From: a virus
Lineage: Duplodnaviria > Caudoviricetes
Direction: 5' to 3' (one strand)
IMG/VR virus record: IMGVR_UViG_3300020370_000030
Location: 1 to 24,353 of that record
Length of the DNA stretch: 24,353 nucleotides
Part shown: positions 23,601 through 24,353 of the stretch, one piece after another
Layout of the letters: each line of letters starts with the position of its first letter
Position numbering within the stretch: the first letter of the stretch is position 1
The notes under the pieces: generated by a model
The model's database searches: none
What the model was told of the DNA's origin: nothing
Seen by the model: the letters and a program-made list of their open reading frames with translations, nothing else
Made by a program: the position numbers and the translations under genes

Positions 23601-24353
23601 TAAATGGTTAATAGTTTCTGAAGCAACATCAACTGAATTTGAAGTCAATGTTGGAACAAGTCCATTAGTTGCTCATACACCAACAACAGGTACTACATAT
23701 GATCCTAATACTGGATTAATGACCTTAGAAATTGGTTCTCATAGCTTGAAAGCAGGTACAAGTGTTAAATTAGAAGAAGAATCAATCACCTTTAGTTGTG
23801 GATTTGGTGGTGCTACTGGTGCTGCTGCTCAAAAGGCATATCCAAGATCTAATGGTAATGATCCATACTATAATACTGCGATTAAAATAGAATCAGTAAC
23901 AGACACAACAATAACCTTAAAGGTATTGAATACTGTTCCTTCTACAAATACAGATCCTCATACATTTATAGGTGCTACTGCTGGAGCTGTTAAATCTGGT
24001 GGATATTATACTCATGTATTCGATTCAGCAACAACTAATGGGATTAAGGCAACAAAATCTCTGAAGATTGCTAATGAGTCGATGGTCTTTACTTGTTCTA
24101 AAGATGATTTCATGAGTAATCATCCATATCCAAGAACAACTGATCCAGCATATAATACATTCTTACCTATAGTATCAACTACATTGGATACTATTTCAAC
24201 TAATGTTGGATCTGGTGGTGGTGCTGGTAGAGGTGCTATAATTACTGCTAAAACTGCTAAGAATACTCATAAATTCGTAAATTCTATTGGTACTCACATA
24301 TACAAGAGTTCTATAAGCAATGCCGTTACCATTGGTAGCACTAAAAAGGATGT
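11620..24353 (+). CDS. gp7: giant baseplate wedge initiator (gp7-like) multidomain virion protein, 3'-truncated by the window (over 4240 aa)
   Basis: ATG 1 nt after gp6 stop; N-terminus IIESQLPEFV..DFP...FLKQYY.SQE, FIKNARSFYQSKG; internal IHPAGLKNF; frame 1 apparently open to the window end (spot-checked; the ORF track lists no closed frame-1 ORF here); synteny gp25-gp6-gp7. Confidence 0.88.
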   Translation, partial: MSIEFDRRVQVNKIIESQLPEFVVADFPLATDFLKQYYISQEYQGGATDLIDNLDRYLKVDNLVPEVITGTTTLPADIAASDTTITVASTKGFPSSYGLIKIDDEIISYTGKTDTTFTGCIRGFSGVSGYNVGISSSLLDVNKESLVFNETNASSHNINSIVTNLSVLFLQEFYTKIKRTFLPGLEDETFHPGIDVGNFIKNARSFYQSKGIQESIVILFRLLYGVDAQVLDLEERLVKPSTAEFIRREIVVVEAISGDPYNLVGQTIYKSSDSQTNASVSEVEIISREGKTYYQLSLFVGFDDRDTIQGTFSIQAKSKILEAVSIGSSIISVDSTIGFGNTGSLIAQGQHNVINYTNKSINQFFGCSNVINTIDQGNGIKTEENVYGYENGDISKKCEIRITGVLSEFVPGEDISLVSENEEISIKNVGEVILNTPEITQSYKEVFANSWIYNTSSRYQVASIQSGQTSFTLLSDIDKSSLKVGDNVSFLRRGTMTVVGGGIIKRIDSSTVLTLDGLSFITGEPNSGAKYDLRRNLNKVKTTSSTTTSGTSIGIGASNSVILSDTLNVYVDSDKDGYAASNSLPSRQLKLSQFISELYYPDHGSNVQDQQIGSASTNFTQTDPISGLVYDFSAFKLDTATKFITGNSVIYQVRDSAGDVGIPFNGLNDGETYYVSVAEGSDRKTISLYNSISAVGSASSVTWNDPVGAGGTHVHSFILKDHYQRQLYENRILRKFPLSQDLSVTTEKDVPVNDIGILIDGVQIRSTIANETMTYGPLTTVDVYNSGTGYDVANPPKLSIEAPLDSNGETAYAEPIIKGSVKEVLVDSQDFDIDKVLSISLTGGNGKDCLLEPITGPRFREIQFDSRDIFFSGGLDIQEETITFKSNHNLVDGQKVYYSSNGQDSVGITKFKEVSNVITEFLVNGAPYFVKVINPRRIFLFKTEADSMFGITGINTIGFSTATNAAGFHKFRTESKNTLRKVKVLNSGYDFQYRKLPVSPSGISTAFDSINFNNHGFRDGDLVEYSTMVGIGTTQPKAIQGLDATHSYKVIKLNDDSFRLADAGIGGTITSNYKRGNYVGLGSTGTGYQVFKYPDIKIDAKVSFASSVTGTFNFTPIVTGEIIGSYLYDEGSKYGSKISGHYFNPQVTIQNGRTAEVKPIIEDGKIIDAFVVNKGKEYWSLPELTVVGSGTTGSGVQLKPVINELGQLDDIIVINPGIGYSTNTSIFVEPRGTGGLLNAKIRKLSIDNYQWQGIDHLENLNNDLLQYSVHAYNQEIADSFNDIGGVTNAGVGTHSALIGWAYDGNPIYGPFAYKDPNDINSGIKRMESSFSVNTSYLDRPSTGEYPSKFFIEDNVYDGSGDLDIHNGRFGKTPEFPDGIYAYFATRDDNDNPVYPYFVGPTYRLPYIEENTTLDQSFDFNNSNLSRNTFPYKVNEPFADNDFIIESNESVKQKSIVESVTRGVVDSFQILDGGDGYKVGDFTVFEDDGTNGVGARGQVDEIVGIGVSSINTVLTSFDEAVFVWESADTVTAHHLPNIELNDKDTVLISGLSTANYKLNNSFSVGVSTDVIGLAKTMSVNNNSAGITEDIYVNYIPNTVSIGGSLRVGDEVLKVLNLYKVGSIIRVFRPSSGIAHTRGSTLDVLNTKISIPVKTTPFVSDLNKSEYFNGTISVGIGTTSGSVIDYAIGESTKSINVPPQSIYLPGHPFKGGEKVTLTKRPAKSSFLVGRTVDAANQFYVPNQTTSTTDLYVVDKGTDYIGLATNVGAANTEGGLFFFGNGDDDYQYQLETNFEQLTGNIDRIVSTVTTKIGAANTTTHGLQNGDKISLNVVPNTTVGLGTTSPLVLDYNEQYEKILINTVGFESPDVNILNNSITITDHGYKTGDKVFYDSTEVAAGLTTGCYYIHVLDSNTFNLSETYSDTFLTPPLFVDITGIGGNYHKLSLVNPKIDVVKNSKLTFGVGSTNLAGYNLKFFYDHEFKNEFVTAGDLNEFNVSGIGTIGVGTFLSSPVVGAAVSIGFSTAVPSILYYALEKGGYISTADKDVKNYSQIVFTNSKYSGNYNIFDATTETFKFSPRSIPEVLKYEEDQCDKLEYSSKSGSVEGPIKNIRLISEGSSYKKLPKFLSVNSVSGSNANIVAISTSIGRINDLRIVDVGYEYSSDRTLRPEAFISPVVRVDDLDFIDSVSVLDTGTDYLNAPDLIIINPETGEVVDDTSLEAIVPNQGIADVNVIAPIKGLDSITHRVVSINNSNGIGINSMTVINNTTARCVMETPINGYTQAPFAVDDEIFVEGIQLFGESGIGTQSSAASGIATDGDGWNSSNHGYQFFKVKSYTSANPDILEFDLAGITTNPGIAKTYQSGYANIINRNKYPVFSPVQNRSKFSINEPLLVKESQTNTFQSKDLKAVDVREDFIKTSGLHVLKIGDRIAGQFSGVTATVTGIVANSAKFNVDFSNRREIGWNDNTGVLNEDFQVTPNNDYYQNLSYSVRSSKAWDDFVDPLNRVIHPAGLKNFADTLIESSVDVRVGLGSTRPASAVVILDVFGERRVDTINDFDMVIDYDARDNKSKFIDFKNRKLTDFTKCKTNRVLIHDDISSKFSSKGSQDGFTEIEEISSRFSKYTIQVVDADTFDTQVNDIVTLTSTSDAFLLERTSDYTNQVLGSFDTKVDRFNRKTLEFTPIEKFEKDYDIKVIKTSFNTDTISDGIKEIGSIDLIGKNVSVAVAQTAMSGNNVIVTGNTTTNILQFSDTDFNGFFANVLVRDDASGEMDYNEVIVNFDGTDTYISESYSDVLGVTYSSSSNSKVGVLTARYDSGIIYFDCINDRSSKLVLSANVVGLGTTTSGIGTFRYQVPGQPDGSERTARFESNYVTTDNGTSATITTIDRVVDSTIKALVKVTSGQNSAIHQALLIQDQDNDAISIQYPHVSIGDISGIGTFGTVSDLTNQKVRLEFYPDSGYNSSLVEIQAFTEIFQAVNDFENEPSPLQFGPVSSEVIVSAYDGINGTRGNRINFDIKHEGIPVYFKKFNPANDTQVINSTGAGTTFSIPSHFFNTNEELTYKAASTFVGVSPVSVGIAQTADNEGNLVTIMPSKVFVKALTPDTFQLFSKKEYIADGKPIEVTNVGSGNAHKLEMANKLSKTVIGLDGIIQQPITYTSIQHTLSNDIGIGISQFSLSGISSVQPRDVLKIDDEYMKVVEVGFATETGAIINSFDGTIPEVKVLRGSLGVSAGVHTATSKVQVHRGSFNIVDSTLWFLDPPKGNTRTRRDATNLPYVKAEFSGRTFLRTNYDTNMVFDDISDSFTGIGRTYTLTVGGANTSTGVGVGNGILFINGVFQTPLTLNNLGNNYEIEADVTAGVSSVTFTGISSENGQLIQSEFDINQNQVPRGGLIVSLGSTTGVGYAPLVGARVYPNMTNGAITSLVGMGKSVGPIGSGIETANYDNNTGIITVTTNKVHGFGLGTPETVKLEDFEFVCPTNIVGKPETGTTYDPATGDMVIKITGHGLSNGDSIKLEKESISFKCQYGVNSAHTWAGGTSSDAITITAGNVKKDVTTATYDPATGLCVMTIGTHTFSTSDTVTIGANKLSFTCTADSNTATKTYPRTTDPAYNTAIAITAVDQSGGTITVDVGVVSGNVAKAYPRETDPAYDRYMYVSDVTSDTFKVNVLFGVTPTNTDAHTFVSATTNAVRTIGGGGYVGVTTTIFQDHERPLQLVGIVSERSFEVRAGISTIPHAYVKGGSVWRYENELTFGSGYREPVSIGVTDIAYTHKFVSADTDSVTAYTGSFMGQNLTPTDADYDSVTGAYLMTISNHGIPGPVDLTVNSAEYDANVGILTVSAGTKFDVSDATYNPTTGIMVLTIGTHSLTTNDKLKIEANSLTFSCGFNGATGTAAQKTYPRASGSGNPSGGPDPAYNNFLDITAVDTVAGTVAVKVLNTTPSTNTDVHTFVGATAGAVFAPRVFTNNEQVYFEQNSITFKCAMDNNSTTHTYPRESDPSNGKWLIVSEATSTEFEVNVGTSPLVAHTPTTGTTYDPNTGLMTLEIGSHSLKAGTSVKLEEESITFSCGFGGATGAAAQKAYPRSNGNDPYYNTAIKIESVTDTTITLKVLNTVPSTNTDPHTFIGATAGAVKSGGYYTHVFDSATTNGIKATKSLKIANESMVFTCSKDDFMSNHPYPRTTDPAYNTFLPIVSTTLDTISTNVGSGGGAGRGAIITAKTAKNTHKFVNSIGTHIYKSSISNAVTIGSTKKD
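21928..24210 (+). repeat. seven copies of a ~110-aa beta-rich repeat domain within gp7, nested
   Basis: Y[DN]xxxG at 21928, 22072, 22276, 22999, 23086, 23152, 23698; YPR..DP at 22408, 22525, 23293, 23572, 23839, 24127. Confidence 0.85.

Noticed and set aside
1-24353. tRNA, rRNA, introns, homing endonucleases, transposases
   Set aside because: No cloverleaf, interrupted gene or nuclease/transposase motif seen by eye; a tRNAscan or Infernal run would be needed to exclude them formally

Overview
Segment of a T4-like cyanomyovirus (Kyanoviridae-type, probably infecting Prochlorococcus or Synechococcus), with all credible genes on the + strand. 1-3600 is a run of small, mostly acidic hypothetical genes with host-type sigma70 promoters. 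3590-4430 is a mostly non-coding hub containing an AT-rich tract, 11-bp-phased TTCGTGT repeats, five AGATCT sites, five near-consensus promoters on both strands, a ~28-bp-period array of a 24-bp palindrome (TGTGMCASTT-N4-AASTGGCACA) and a candidate structured RNA; it looks like an origin or master-control locus. 4400-6950 is a C-rich island of small early-type gene cassettes, most opened by a palindrome and/or hairpin followed by a -10 box, and it includes an ArdA-like antirestriction gene and two apparently leaderless genes. 7094-9190 holds an AbrB/MazE-fold protein, a GT-A glycosyltransferase-like gene, small ORFs and a 2OG-Fe(II) oxygenase. From 9239 is the late baseplate module: gp25, gp6 and a giant gp7-like ORF (over 4200 aa, running off the window and missing from the ORF track) whose distal part is built of recursively nested, partly circularly permuted repeat domains. 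All calls come from reading the sequence by eye; no database searches were run.
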